DNA from: an uncultured delta proteobacterium
GTDB lineage: Bacteria; Myxococcota; Kuafuiibacteriia; Kuafuiibacteriales; Kuafuiibacteriaceae
Reading direction: 5' to 3'
NCBI GenBank assembly: GCA_963803435.1
Contig: CAWDML010000005.1
Span: forward strand, 416,001 to 480,000
Length of the DNA: 64,000 nt
Part shown: one piece after another, positions 10,538-22,010 of the stretch
How positions within the stretch are numbered: position 1 is the stretch's first letter
Layout: each line of letters begins with the position of its first letter
Position numbers and translations under genes: made by a program
Notes under the pieces: generated by a model
Told to the model about the DNA's origin: nothing
What the model saw: only the letters and a program-made list of their open reading frames with translations
Database searches by the model: none

Positions 10538-10867
10538 GTGGATGTATCCGGCGACCTCGGCGGCTACGCCGACCGATCGGTGGTCATCTCCGGGGACGGC
10601 GCCTATCTGTTCTACGCAGGGCAGAAGATCCTGGCGACGAACCTCGCGTCTACGCTCGGCAACTTCTCCGAGAACATCTACGCCGCCAACGAGGATGGTT
10701 CCGTGGCCATTGGATCCGAGCACATCTTCGACGGAGTCACCTTCAGTGTGATCAGAGCGCTCCCGATCTCCACCACCAAGATGGTGCTGTCGGCCGACGG
10801 CCAGACCCTGTACCTCTACGACGACATGACGAGCCGTATCTTCATCTACAGCCTCGCGGATCTCTGA
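10538..10867 (+). pseudogene. YncE-like beta-propeller C-terminal fragment
   Basis: ISGDGAYLFY and LSADGQTLYLY blades; short. Confidence 0.5.
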
Positions 10868-11099
10868 TCGGATTCGAAAAACCGTTGCGCCACTTGGCCG
10901 GTGCGAGGATCGCCTTCGCGCGCGCGGGCCCGAGGAGATCGGAGAGCAGCTCCTCAGGACCGCCGATCCGCGCCAGCAGGGCGCGGGCGAGGAGGAGGCC
11001 GGCCTCGGCCTCGCCGTAGAGCGGGATGCGCCGGTTCTCGCGCAGCCCGACCGCGATCTCGCGGAGCTCCTCGCGGGTTCGGTACGGTGTGAGCGTCAA
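10842..11099 (-). CDS. Hypothetical protein
   Basis: Short ORF continuing the minus-strand operon. Confidence 0.45.
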   Translation of the reverse strand: MTLTPYRTREELREIAVGLRENRRIPLYGEAEAGLLLARALLARIGGPEELLSDLLGPARAKAILAPAKWRNGFSNPIRDPRGCR

Positions 11100-11189
11100 C
11101 GAGCGTTGCGGATCGACAGCCGCCGCAGCTCGAGATCCGCAGCGCGAAGACGACGAAGCAGGCTCGGAGCCGGGTCTCAGCCCGGGTGC

Positions 11190-11654
11190 TCATCCCTTTC
11201 GATACGTGCCCTCCATGAAGAGCGCGAACGTCTTGCCGCCGTCGAACGAGTTCTCGATCTGGAAGTGATACTGCGCGTCCCCCTCGAAGCGGTACGTGTA
11301 GCGCCCGATCCCTCGCGGCGACCTCGACTCGAGCGTCAGCGTGTCTCCCTCCCACTTGCCGCGGGAAGGCCCGGCGGGGACGAAGCCCATCGAGTCGATC
11401 CAGTACCAGCAGTACTCCTGGCTGCTCGAGTCGTAGCCGAAGACTCCATGCCCCCGATACGTGACCTTTCCGTCCTTCTCCTCGACGTAGTCCTGGATGA
11501 CGTAGAAGCCGTCGAGGTCGACGCGGCAGTTCGATCGTCCCACCGCAGGGCCGCCCGGTCCCCACGGCGAGGGCGAGAGCTTCTCCTCGCCCGTCCATTC
11601 TCCGGCGAGCACGTGCAGCTTCGAGTGTTCGGCGGTCGGTCTCGGCATCTCCAT
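11190..11654 (-). CDS. DUF1579 family protein
   Basis: EHSKLHVLAGEWTGEE, GHGVFGYD, YWIDSMG. Confidence 0.85.
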   Translation of the reverse strand: MEMPRPTAEHSKLHVLAGEWTGEEKLSPSPWGPGGPAVGRSNCRVDLDGFYVIQDYVEEKDGKVTYRGHGVFGYDSSSQEYCWYWIDSMGFVPAGPSRGKWEGDTLTLESRSPRGIGRYTYRFEGDAQYHFQIENSFDGGKTFALFMEGTYRKG

Positions 11655-11677
11655 CCTTCGCTCCTCCTCAGCCCCGC

Positions 11678-11959
11678 CTAGCACAGTCCGTCGAGCGCGG
11701 ACAGCCGGGCGCCCCGAACTACCACGCGCTTGCGGCGCCCCGTCTCGCCCGCGACAATCTCCACGTCCTTCTTCTTCACCCCGAACGTCTTCGCGAAGAG
11801 CGCCACCAGCGCCGCGTTGGCCTCGCCGTCCACCGGCGGCGCGTTGAGCTGCACCTTCAACCGGTCGTCGTGCACGCCCGCGATCCGATTCTGCGAGGAC
11901 CGCGGCACGACGAGCACGTCGATCTCGATCCCGTCAGCCAGCTCTCGCGCGAAGCTCAC
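11678..11959 (-). CDS. yggU: DUF167/YggU family protein
   Basis: VVPRSS, LNAPPVDGEANAAL, GETGRRK. Confidence 0.9.
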   Translation of the reverse strand: MSFARELADGIEIDVLVVPRSSQNRIAGVHDDRLKVQLNAPPVDGEANAALVALFAKTFGVKKKDVEIVAGETGRRKRVVVRGARLSALDGLC

Positions 11960-12918
11960 TGCTTCTCGGCCAAGTGATCTCCCCTGTTCTCGCCGGGGTC
12001 GACGATCCGGAGGATGTTCATCCCGATGATGCGCCAGTGGCGGGGCCGGAGGTAGCGCATCAACATGTGATCGAGCGGCTCGTCGATCACGCGCTTGGAG
12101 ACGGGGGAGGCGTGGCGCACGAACGGGATCTTTCCCAGCCCGGGCTTGTGCACGATCAATCCCTGATGCGTGATCACGTCCGGGTACGCGGGCCGGTTCT
12201 CACGGACCACGTTGATGATGGTGCCGGCGGGGACGCGGCCGCTGATCTTCCGGAGGTCGTCGATGGTGAGATACGGCAGCCGGAACCTGCCGTGCGGCAG
12301 GCGATCGCCGAGGTCGATCTTCTTCGCGATGCGCCGGTGCTTCCAGCGCTCGCGGGTCATCTCCAGCAGGATCCACTTCGTCCTCTTGCCGCCCACCTGC
12401 TCGGTGACGTCCTCGAGGTAGCCGGCGCGCACCAGACCGGGGACCCACTGGGTGGTCATCAGGTGGCGGCGGTTCACGAACTTCGGGTCGCCGTCGTAGC
12501 GGATGTCGTCGAGGGTCGTCGCGATCGCGTCGAGATCGTCGCACATGGCCAGGGCCATCGCGGTCTCGACGAACGTGGTGCAGTCGAAGGCGTCCATGCG
12601 GAACCGCGGATCGGGATCGGGGAGCGCGCCCTCGCCGAGCGGGGACAACAGGTAGGGCGCCGCCACCAGCCCCCGGGTCATCCGCTCGAGGAGGTCGGGG
12701 AAGGTAGTGGCCTCCAAGTGGCGCCGCTCGATCTCGGCCACCAGCGCGTCGTGCGGGAGGAGACTGAACAGATTGAACGGCTTCCAGGGTGGGGGTTGCG
12801 CGTGCGTGGCCGCGACGGTCGACGTCTCTTCCGGGGCGAGGTCGTCGCCCTCCTCGGCGCGGACTGCGCCCCCCACCAGTGAGGTCGCGACTCCCAGGCT
12901 GATCACCCACGCTCGCAC
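11956..12918 (-). CDS. DUF1460 NlpC/P60-like amidase
   Basis: PY..PLGEG, FDCTTFVE, ITHQG, RHAS; signal peptide. Confidence 0.85.
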   Translation of the reverse strand: MRAWVISLGVATSLVGGAVRAEEGDDLAPEETSTVAATHAQPPPWKPFNLFSLLPHDALVAEIERRHLEATTFPDLLERMTRGLVAAPYLLSPLGEGALPDPDPRFRMDAFDCTTFVETAMALAMCDDLDAIATTLDDIRYDGDPKFVNRRHLMTTQWVPGLVRAGYLEDVTEQVGGKRTKWILLEMTRERWKHRRIAKKIDLGDRLPHGRFRLPYLTIDDLRKISGRVPAGTIINVVRENRPAYPDVITHQGLIVHKPGLGKIPFVRHASPVSKRVIDEPLDHMLMRYLRPRHWRIIGMNILRIVDPGENRGDHLAEKQ

Positions 12919-12997
12919 GTTTCGCCAGGCCTTCCTGCGGACCTCCGTCCCGGAGGCTTCCTCCCCAGACTACCACGTGTGCTAGAGTCGAACCTCG

Positions 12998-13456
12998 ATG
13001 ACGGGCCAGTCCGTCGACGTCGGCGCTGCTGACCAGGTTCGATCGCTGATCGACGACCCGGCGCGCCGGCCGCTGATCGCGCTCTCGGCCGCTGCGTTCA
13101 TCGCCGTTGTCACCGGCACCTTCATGTACTGCTACCCGAGCACGATGGAGACGTTCCAGCGCTCGATGGTCGTGGTGCACGACGTCAGCGGGGATCTCAC
13201 GGTGGTCGCGGGCGTCTGGTACCTCGCGATCCACCTCAAGCGGGTCTGGCGCATGTGGCGCCGTGTGCTTCAGCGCTGGAGCGGGTACTTCGCCGTCGGC
13301 GTCTGGTCGGTGGCGGCCGGTACCGGCATCTACGGCCAGATCTATCCCATGCCCACCGAGTCGGTGATGGGCGTCCTCCACGTCGTCACCGCCATCGCCG
13401 TGGTCGTGCTGGGTTGCTTCCACGGCGGCTACGGGCTGCGCCGGAAATTTCGCTGA
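12998..13456 (+). CDS. Membrane protein with intramembrane His residues
   Basis: Four TM segments with His (VVH, AIH, VLH, CFH). Confidence 0.65.
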   Translation: MTGQSVDVGAADQVRSLIDDPARRPLIALSAAAFIAVVTGTFMYCYPSTMETFQRSMVVVHDVSGDLTVVAGVWYLAIHLKRVWRMWRRVLQRWSGYFAVGVWSVAAGTGIYGQIYPMPTESVMGVLHVVTAIAVVVLGCFHGGYGLRRKFR

Positions 13457-13465
13457 GGATCGAGC

Positions 13466-13900
13466 ATGGACGTCCCCAACTTTTCCATCTTCTCCGCCAT
13501 CTCCGAGGTCTTCGTCACCATCGGCGTGCTCTACGGCATCATCGCGACGCTCCGCGGCAAGCGGCTCCCGAAGGCGATGCTCGGCGTGGTGTTGATCTTC
13601 GAGCTCTGTATCAACGTCGTCTACATGGCCACGCGCGCCTCGCACGCCGACAAGAGCGCCGAGCTCTCCGCGGCGATGAAGGCGTTCTTCGCCGGACACG
13701 GCGTGCTCTCGCTTCTCATGTTCCTGGTCATCGCCGTGGTCTTCCTCCTGGCGCTCGCCGACGAGTCGAACGGCCGGGAGAACTGGTTCCGCCGCCACCG
13801 CTCGGCCTCGTACGTGCTGATCTTTTTCTGGATGGTCTCCGTCCTCAGCGGGGAAGCCATCTTCCTGCTGCGCTATTTCGGCGGCGGCCCCGGCGCATAG
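13466..13900 (+). CDS. DUF420-like membrane protein
   Basis: Four TM segments; FAGHGVLSL. Confidence 0.6.
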   Translation: MDVPNFSIFSAISEVFVTIGVLYGIIATLRGKRLPKAMLGVVLIFELCINVVYMATRASHADKSAELSAAMKAFFAGHGVLSLLMFLVIAVVFLLALADESNGRENWFRRHRSASYVLIFFWMVSVLSGEAIFLLRYFGGGPGA

Positions 13901-13944
13901 AGCGTGCTAGGCTAATCGCCATCACGGTCCCGGTCACAACGCTG

Positions 13945-14547
13945 GTGGGCGCGCTCGCGGGCTGCGCGATCGCGCTGGTGTGCAAGAGCGTTCTGGTTCG
14001 GGCGCACGACCCGGTCCGCACCCGCTACTTCGCCATCGCGGTGCTCTTCGCCGGCGCCGTGTTGATGCCCGCGGGGCTCGGCTTCTACCTCGCGTTCCCC
14101 GACTGGAGCCTGATGTACCTCGCGAACCCTGCGCATCTCCCGGGGTGGATGGTCTGGCCGGTGCTGCTCATCTTCTACCTCGCCGGCGCGCCGATCTTCT
14201 TCCTGATCACGGCGCGGCTGATCACCGAGCCGAAGCCCTGGCCCCTGCGCCTGCTCCTGATCGGCCTCTCGGTGTTCCTGATCGCGACGATCCTGCTCGG
14301 CTTCGATCGCTGGACCACGGTCGCCTACTACGAGGCCTACCATCACGGGCTCACCACGATTCCCCTGTCGTCGTCCTCGCTCCTGTTGCCGCTGCTCCTG
14401 ACCATGGGGGCCGTGGGTGGGGTTCTCTACTTCTCGCTCCGACACATTCGCCGCCACGTCGAGCTCCTCCAGGAGCTGCCCCGCGTCCGTCCCGACGCGA
14501 ACACGACCGATCCCCTCGGGATCCAGGCGGCGGCGACAAAGTCATAA
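13945..14547 (+). CDS. Hypothetical membrane protein (start uncertain)
   Basis: Multiple TM segments; FPDWSLMY. Confidence 0.65.
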   Translation: MGALAGCAIALVCKSVLVRAHDPVRTRYFAIAVLFAGAVLMPAGLGFYLAFPDWSLMYLANPAHLPGWMVWPVLLIFYLAGAPIFFLITARLITEPKPWPLRLLLIGLSVFLIATILLGFDRWTTVAYYEAYHHGLTTIPLSSSSLLLPLLLTMGAVGGVLYFSLRHIRRHVELLQELPRVRPDANTTDPLGIQAAATKS

Positions 14548-14585
14548 TCTTGCGGTGTTTTCGGGTCGATGCTACCCGAAGACTC

Positions 14586-15095
14586 GTGCGGTGGTGGACT
14601 CCCCTCGTCCTCTCGCTCGCGCTCGGCTGTGGACCGGTGCAGTCGTCGACCTTGATCGTCGACGCCGCCGCTGAGCTGGCCGCCGCCAAGACCGCGCAGG
14701 CCGACGTGCACGCGCCCTTCGAGTACGTCGCCGCCGAGGAGTACCTCCACAAGGCCCGCGAAGAGCAGTCCTACGCCGACTACGAGGTCGCCGTGCTCTA
14801 CGCCGAGAAGTCGCGCGACTGCGCCCGGGTCGCGCGGTCCCGCGCCGAGGCCATGACGAAGGAGGCGATGGGGACGACCCGCGCCACGCACGCCACCAAG
14901 TCGAAGTGCCGGCCCGGCCCCCCGCGCCTGATCCCGCTCCCCGATCCGTCCGAAGAGGCCGCCGCCATGAAGGCGAAGCCGATGCTCGACAAGCGGAAGG
15001 CCGCGCCCCCACCGCCGCCCACGACCACCGCGCCGAAGACGCCGGTCAAGCCCGTGGAGCCGGCCGACCCGCCCCCGGGAGAGGACGACGAGTGA
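14586..15095 (+). CDS. DUF4398 lipoprotein
   Basis: LALGC lipobox; APFEYVAAEEYLHKAREE; directly upstream of OmpA. Confidence 0.75.
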   Translation: MRWWTPLVLSLALGCGPVQSSTLIVDAAAELAAAKTAQADVHAPFEYVAAEEYLHKAREEQSYADYEVAVLYAEKSRDCARVARSRAEAMTKEAMGTTRATHATKSKCRPGPPRLIPLPDPSEEAAAMKAKPMLDKRKAAPPPPPTTTAPKTPVKPVEPADPPPGEDDE

Positions 15096-16159
15096 CGCGC
15101 CCGACCCACCGCGGGATTGCTTCCGCCGCCTGGACCCTGCTCGCGCTGGGCGGCTGCGCCACCGGCGCCTCGCTCCACCTCGAGGCGGAGACGATCCAGG
15201 AGCAGCTCAACACCGCGCGCGAAGCGGGCGCCTACGTGTGTGCGCCCCGCGAGCTGGCGACCGCCGAGGCGCACCTCGAGTTCCTCCTCTCGGAGCTCGA
15301 TCAAGGCAACCCGGTGCGGGCCGCGCAGCATCGCACCACGGCCCGCGAGGCGCTGGTCACGGTCCTCGACAAGGCCAAGGGATGTCTGCCGAAGGATAAG
15401 GACGGCGACGGGATCCCGGACGACGTCGACAAGTGTCCGGAGGTGGCCGAGGACTTCGACGGTCACGACGATGAGGACGGGTGTCCCGAGAGCGAGGACA
15501 CCGACGGCGACGGCATCTTCGACCCGGAGGACGCGTGTCCCAAGGAGCCGGGCCCGGCGAAGAACCGCGGCTGTCCGATCGGCGATCGCGACGGCGATGG
15601 CATCCTCGACGACAACGACAAGTGTCCCGACGATCCGGAGGACAAGGACGAGTTCGAGGACGAGGACGGTTGTCCCGATCCGGACAACGACGCCGACGGC
15701 ATCCTCGACGTGAACGACGAGTGCCCGCTCGAGCCCGAGACGGTGAACGGAGTCGACGACGAGGACGGCTGCCCCGACGTGAAGCTCAATCTGGTCGAGG
15801 TCCGCCGCGACATCGGCAAGATCGAGATCAAGCAGAAGGTCTACTTCGAGACCGGCAAGTCCGTGATCCGGTCGGTGAGCTTCGAGCTCCTCAGCGAGGT
15901 TGCGCAGGCGATCAAGTCCAACAAGGGCATGAACGTGCTGGTGGAGGGCCACACCGACTCGGTCGGTAGCAACACCTTCAACATGGGGCTCTCGCAGCGT
16001 CGCGCGGATTCGGTGCGAGACTACCTGGTGGCCAAGGGCGTCGAGGCGGACCGTCTCACCGCGATCGGCTTCGGCGAGGAGAAGCCGATCGACAGCAACC
16101 AGACGCGGGCGGGCCGCGAGAAGAACCGCCGCGTCGAGTTCACGATCACCAAGCAGTAG
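15092..16159 (+). CDS. OmpA-family lipoprotein with thrombospondin type-3 repeats
   Basis: DxDGDGIxDxxDxCP repeats; VEGHTD, LSQRRA, NRRVEF. Confidence 0.95.
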   Translation: MTRPTHRGIASAAWTLLALGGCATGASLHLEAETIQEQLNTAREAGAYVCAPRELATAEAHLEFLLSELDQGNPVRAAQHRTTAREALVTVLDKAKGCLPKDKDGDGIPDDVDKCPEVAEDFDGHDDEDGCPESEDTDGDGIFDPEDACPKEPGPAKNRGCPIGDRDGDGILDDNDKCPDDPEDKDEFEDEDGCPDPDNDADGILDVNDECPLEPETVNGVDDEDGCPDVKLNLVEVRRDIGKIEIKQKVYFETGKSVIRSVSFELLSEVAQAIKSNKGMNVLVEGHTDSVGSNTFNMGLSQRRADSVRDYLVAKGVEADRLTAIGFGEEKPIDSNQTRAGREKNRRVEFTITKQ

Positions 16160-16195
16160 CGAGCACTGCCGGGCCCGTGCTATGGGCGATCGCTC

Positions 16196-16765
16196 ATGAG
16201 CGACGAACATGCACGCATCGATCGATCGACGGCTCTGGTCTGGCTCGACATGGAGATGACCGGGCTCGATCCGCTCACCTGCGTCCCCGTCGAGGTGGCG
16301 ATCGTGATCACCGGGCCCGATCTCGACGAGCTCGACTCGATGGAGGCGGTGGTCTGGCAGCCTGAGGCGAAGTTGCTCGAGATGGAGCCGTACGTGCGAA
16401 ACATGCATACGGCCAACGGGCTGCTGGAGAAGATCCGAGCCTCGGAGAACAGCCTCCAGGACGTCGAGCGGAAGATGCTCCAGCTGCTCGCGCGTTGGTT
16501 CAAGCCAGTGGAGGGCGTCCTGGCCGGCAACTCGATCCATCAGGACCGGCGGTTCCTCAACCGCTACTTCCCCGTCGTCGACGGATATCTGCACTACCGC
16601 ATGGTCGACGTGTCGACGATCAAGGAGCTGGCGCGCCGCTGGTATGGACCCGAGGTGCTGTTCGACAAGGCCGCCAGCGATCACACCGCCCTCTCGGACG
16701 TCCGAGCGTCGATCAAAGAGCTTGCCCACTACCGGAAGGCGATCATGAAGTCTCCCAAGGCATGA
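16196..16765 (+). CDS. orn: Oligoribonuclease
   Basis: LVWLDMEMTGLD, GNSIHQDRRFL, HYRMVDVSTIKELARRW, HTALSD. Confidence 0.95.
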   Translation: MSDEHARIDRSTALVWLDMEMTGLDPLTCVPVEVAIVITGPDLDELDSMEAVVWQPEAKLLEMEPYVRNMHTANGLLEKIRASENSLQDVERKMLQLLARWFKPVEGVLAGNSIHQDRRFLNRYFPVVDGYLHYRMVDVSTIKELARRWYGPEVLFDKAASDHTALSDVRASIKELAHYRKAIMKSPKA

Positions 16766-17484
16766 GATCGCTCCTCGCAACGCTCGCCATGACCGTGCTC
16801 GTCTCCTGCAGCATGACGCAGGGGGAGACGGGGGGCACCGGCCAGCCCGAGCCGAAGCGGGTCGAGAAGTCGGAGACACCTCCCGAGAAGACGGCGGCCA
16901 CGGCGCCCCGACCGGAGCGAAGGATGACGGAAAAGGGAAAGAGCGCGATCGACCGGCTCGCTGACTCTCAGGCGTCGGACGTGGTGCGGATCGAGGCTGC
17001 AAGACAGCTTGCCGAGCTCGCGGATCCCGCGACGGTCGTCCCGATGGTGGTGGTGATGGAAGGTGAGCTTTCGGATGCGCTCGAGGACGAGATCCACAAG
17101 GCGCTCGATCTCATGGGCGCGACCGAGATCCTGGTGGGCGATCTGACCGCCGGCGACGACGCGACGCGGGCGACCGCGGCCGACCTCCTTCCCCGGCTCA
17201 AAGATCCGGCCGCCGTCCCGCCGCTGATGCAGGCGCTCTCGGATCCGGTGGCCAAGGTCCGCGAATCGGCGGCCGGCGCGCTCGGTGTTTTCAAGGCTCC
17301 ACAGGCGGAGGGACCGTTGACCGAGCGGCTTCAGAAAGACCCTGATCCTGATGTCCGGGGTGCGGCCGCCCAGTCCCTCGGCGCGCTCCACACGCCGGGC
17401 GCCCAAGCCGCCCTCGAGCGCGCCTTGGCCGCCGAGAAGGATGACTTCGTGAAGGTCCTGATCGAGAAGAGCCTCGCGCCCTGA
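16762..17484 (+). CDS. HEAT-repeat lipoprotein
   Basis: VLVSC lipobox; D..VR..AA..LG repeats. Confidence 0.8.
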   Translation: MRSLLATLAMTVLVSCSMTQGETGGTGQPEPKRVEKSETPPEKTAATAPRPERRMTEKGKSAIDRLADSQASDVVRIEAARQLAELADPATVVPMVVVMEGELSDALEDEIHKALDLMGATEILVGDLTAGDDATRATAADLLPRLKDPAAVPPLMQALSDPVAKVRESAAGALGVFKAPQAEGPLTERLQKDPDPDVRGAAAQSLGALHTPGAQAALERALAAEKDDFVKVLIEKSLAP

Positions 17485-17564
17485 ACCTAGGAAAACCTCC
17501 GATCTGTACGAACCCGCACAACAACCGATGGTGGCACTGTCCCGTTTGAACCGACATTTGGGGT

Positions 17565-19103
17565 GTGCCTCCACACACCTATCGCCCCTTAGGACTACTG
17601 TTCGCGTTCAGCGCGATCACACTCTTTGGCTGTGAGCAGGAAGGGATCATTCGGCTGTCGGTCCAGGGCACGTTCGAGCCCGACCGCCTGGACTTCGGCG
17701 AGGTGCCGGTCGACAGCGAGGCGGCGCTCTCCGTCACGCTGAAGAACATCGGTTCCGCCGCGTTCGCGATCGAATCGGTGGACGTCCCTTCTGGCTTCCT
17801 GCTCCGCGGGCTCAAGGGCCAGTTCGAAGGCAGCACCATGCAACCGGGTATGGAGGTGAGCTTTGAGGTGGTCTTCGCGCCGGCCGACGAGGGCGAGCGC
17901 AATGCGCAGCTCGTTCTTCACGTGAGCGACGAGACGGACATCGCCCTCGATCTCCACGGCGTGGGGACGCTGGTGCGCCTGCCCGCGATCGTGGCGATGC
18001 CGGACGCGATCGACTTCGGCACCGTCGAGCTGGGTGGCGAGTCGCGCGCGACGGTGACCCTCAGGAACGACGGCAACGCGCCGGGGACGATCACCGCGGC
18101 GACCGTCGAGGGCGCCAGCACGGAGTTCGCGCTGGTGACGTCGCTTCCGATCGTGGTCCCCGACGGCGGCAGCCAGGTGATCGAGCTGATGTACGCTCCG
18201 TCGACGCAAGGCGTGAAGAGCGGGCGGATGGTGCTGGCGCTGGCCGAGAGCGTTCCGCCGGTCTCGATCACCATCAGCGGCGAGGGCCGCGTTCCGCTCG
18301 GCGAGATCCTCTGCGAGCCGAACCGCGTCGATTTCGGTCCGGTCGAGCGGGGGTCGATGCTGGCGCGCACGGTGACTTGTACGGCGCGCGGCGGGGCGGC
18401 TCGGTTGGTGGGCGCGCACGTCGAAGGCGCCACCGATCAATTCTTCCTCCCGTCGCCGCCGAGCACCTCCGATCTCGCCGCGGACCAGGGCCTCACGCTG
18501 TCGGTCGAGTTCCACCCCGAAGGGCTCCCCGGCGTCCACACGGGTCGGGTGATCGTCGACTTCTCGGGCGGCTCGGGCGCCGGCAGCGCCACTGTGCAGC
18601 TGACCGGCGAGGTGGTGCCGCCGCCGCCGACCGCCACCGCGATCACCGTGGTCCTCGCCTGGAACACGAACCACACCGACCTCGATCTGCACCTGATCCG
18701 GCCTTCCTCGCGGGGCAATCCGTACGACTCCATGTTCGAGAGCGACGCTGACTGCTACTTCGCGAACAAGTCGCCGGACTGGAACGCTCAGGGCGTGTCG
18801 ATGGACAATCCCTTCCTCGACCAGGACGACGTCGACGGCTACGGCCCGGAGACGATCAACCTCGAGGAGACGTCACCAGGAGCGTACGACGTGTTCGTCC
18901 ACTACTACTCGGATGCGGGGAACGGCTCGTCGACGCCGACGGTCGAGATCCACATTGCAGGACAGCTTGCGGGGACGTTCAATCGGCCCAACTTCTCGTG
19001 CAATCAGGTATGGCACGTGGGGACGATCAACTGGAACGGGACGAACGGGACCTTTGCACCGGCCAACGACATGCACAACACGAACGAGGGCCTGTGCTTC
19101 TGA
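17565..19103 (+). CDS. Lipoprotein with three ASH/Ig-like (choice-of-anchor D type) domains and a YfaP-like C-terminus
   Basis: Three PxxxDFG repeats; W...TDLDLH, DDVDGYGPETI. Confidence 0.8.
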   Translation: MPPHTYRPLGLLFAFSAITLFGCEQEGIIRLSVQGTFEPDRLDFGEVPVDSEAALSVTLKNIGSAAFAIESVDVPSGFLLRGLKGQFEGSTMQPGMEVSFEVVFAPADEGERNAQLVLHVSDETDIALDLHGVGTLVRLPAIVAMPDAIDFGTVELGGESRATVTLRNDGNAPGTITAATVEGASTEFALVTSLPIVVPDGGSQVIELMYAPSTQGVKSGRMVLALAESVPPVSITISGEGRVPLGEILCEPNRVDFGPVERGSMLARTVTCTARGGAARLVGAHVEGATDQFFLPSPPSTSDLAADQGLTLSVEFHPEGLPGVHTGRVIVDFSGGSGAGSATVQLTGEVVPPPPTATAITVVLAWNTNHTDLDLHLIRPSSRGNPYDSMFESDADCYFANKSPDWNAQGVSMDNPFLDQDDVDGYGPETINLEETSPGAYDVFVHYYSDAGNGSSTPTVEIHIAGQLAGTFNRPNFSCNQVWHVGTINWNGTNGTFAPANDMHNTNEGLCF

Positions 19104-19106
19104 CGC

Positions 19107-20565
<1,459 letters not shown>

Positions 20566-20696
20566 ATCTAGTTTGCCTCTTCCGGGGGTCCGGTATTTCC
20601 CGCGAGCTGGGCGAGTTCGCCGCTTCCGCGGTCGCTCCCGGGGACGATTTCGTCGCCCCCCTTATTCCCCGGACGTACGCTGGGCGCCCCGCCCCG

Positions 20697-22004
20697 ATGC
20701 GCACGCCTGCCCCGACACTGCGCGCGATCCTCGCGATCGCGCTCCCCAGCGCCGTATTCACGGTGCTCACCAACGGCTATCGCGTCGTCGATCAGTACTT
20801 CGCGCAGCGCCTGTCCGTCGACGCGCAGGGTGCGGTCGGGTCGGCGGTGTTCGTACTGCTGTTCTTCTACGCCGCCTTCGAGATGATCGCGGCTGGTGCG
20901 GGACCGTTGATCGCCCGTGCGACCGGTGCGCGCGACGACGAGCTCCGGCGTCGTGTGCTCGGCGAGGCCATCACCGGCGCGCTGATCCTGACCGTCATCC
21001 TGACTGCGGTCGGCGCCGCGGGTGCGGGCGTGATCGCCGAATCGCTGGGGCTCGAGGGCCGGACGGCGGTCGAGTGCACCCACTATCTTCGGTGGCTCTT
21101 TCTCACGATGCTGCCGTTGGTCCTAACACCGCTGATCGACCAGGCCTTCCTCGCCCTCGGATCTGCGCGCGCACCGATGGTTCTGCACGCCGTTTCGCTC
21201 GGGCTCAACATCATCCTCACTCCGCTCCTGATCGAGCGGCTCGGAATCGGCGGTGCGGCCCTTGCCTCCAACGTCGCGCGCGGGATCGCCACGGGCATCG
21301 GTTTGGTGCTCCTGGCCCGCGAGACCGGCCTCCGGGTCCGGCACCTCCGGCTCACCGGGCTCCTCCGTCGCGTGGTGCGGATCGGGCTGCCCATGGCCGC
21401 TGGGAGCGCGCTCTATGCGGGCGTCTACTGGGCGATGCTCGAGACCAGCATCTCGCCGCTCGGACCGCAGGTGAACGCGGGCCTCGGTATCGGCTTCTCT
21501 GCGCTCGAGGGTTGCACGTGGCCGCTGTTCCACGGGGTGTCGCTCGGCGTTGCCTCGCTGGTCGGCCGCCACCTGGGCGCCGGGCGTCCGGACCTCGCGC
21601 AAGCCACCTTGCGGGGAGCTGTCCCGCTCTCGACGGTGGCGGGTCTGGGGGCCGCCGCGATCTTCTTCTTCTTCGGCGGGCCGCTCACCGGGCTCTTCAC
21701 CGACGACGCCGCCGTTCACGACGCCGCCACCGGCTATGCCACCATCCTGGCCGCCTCCCAGCTCTTCGTCGCCTGGGAGGCGCTCGCCGAGGGCGTGCTG
21801 GCCGGGGCGGGCGATACGCGGACCGTCTTCTGGATCAACGCTCCGCTCAACCTGCTCCGGGTCCCGCTGGCCTGGCTCTTCGCCTTTCCGCTGGGCGCCG
21901 GCGCCGCGGGGATCTGGTGGGCGATCAACCTGACCACCTACGCGAAGTCGCTCCTCAAGGGACGAGCCGCCATGCGGGGGGACTGGGCGCTCCTGGATCC
22001 CTAG
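20697..22004 (+). CDS. MATE efflux transporter
   Basis: About 12 TM segments; NIILTPLLI..LGIGGAALA, GAGDT. Confidence 0.9.
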   Translation: MRTPAPTLRAILAIALPSAVFTVLTNGYRVVDQYFAQRLSVDAQGAVGSAVFVLLFFYAAFEMIAAGAGPLIARATGARDDELRRRVLGEAITGALILTVILTAVGAAGAGVIAESLGLEGRTAVECTHYLRWLFLTMLPLVLTPLIDQAFLALGSARAPMVLHAVSLGLNIILTPLLIERLGIGGAALASNVARGIATGIGLVLLARETGLRVRHLRLTGLLRRVVRIGLPMAAGSALYAGVYWAMLETSISPLGPQVNAGLGIGFSALEGCTWPLFHGVSLGVASLVGRHLGAGRPDLAQATLRGAVPLSTVAGLGAAAIFFFFGGPLTGLFTDDAAVHDAATGYATILAASQLFVAWEALAEGVLAGAGDTRTVFWINAPLNLLRVPLAWLFAFPLGAGAAGIWWAINLTTYAKSLLKGRAAMRGDWALLDP

Positions 22005-22010
22005 CCGAGC

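Noticed and set aside
15397-15780. Repetitive DNA in OmpA
   Set aside because: Coding thrombospondin type-3 repeats, not an array
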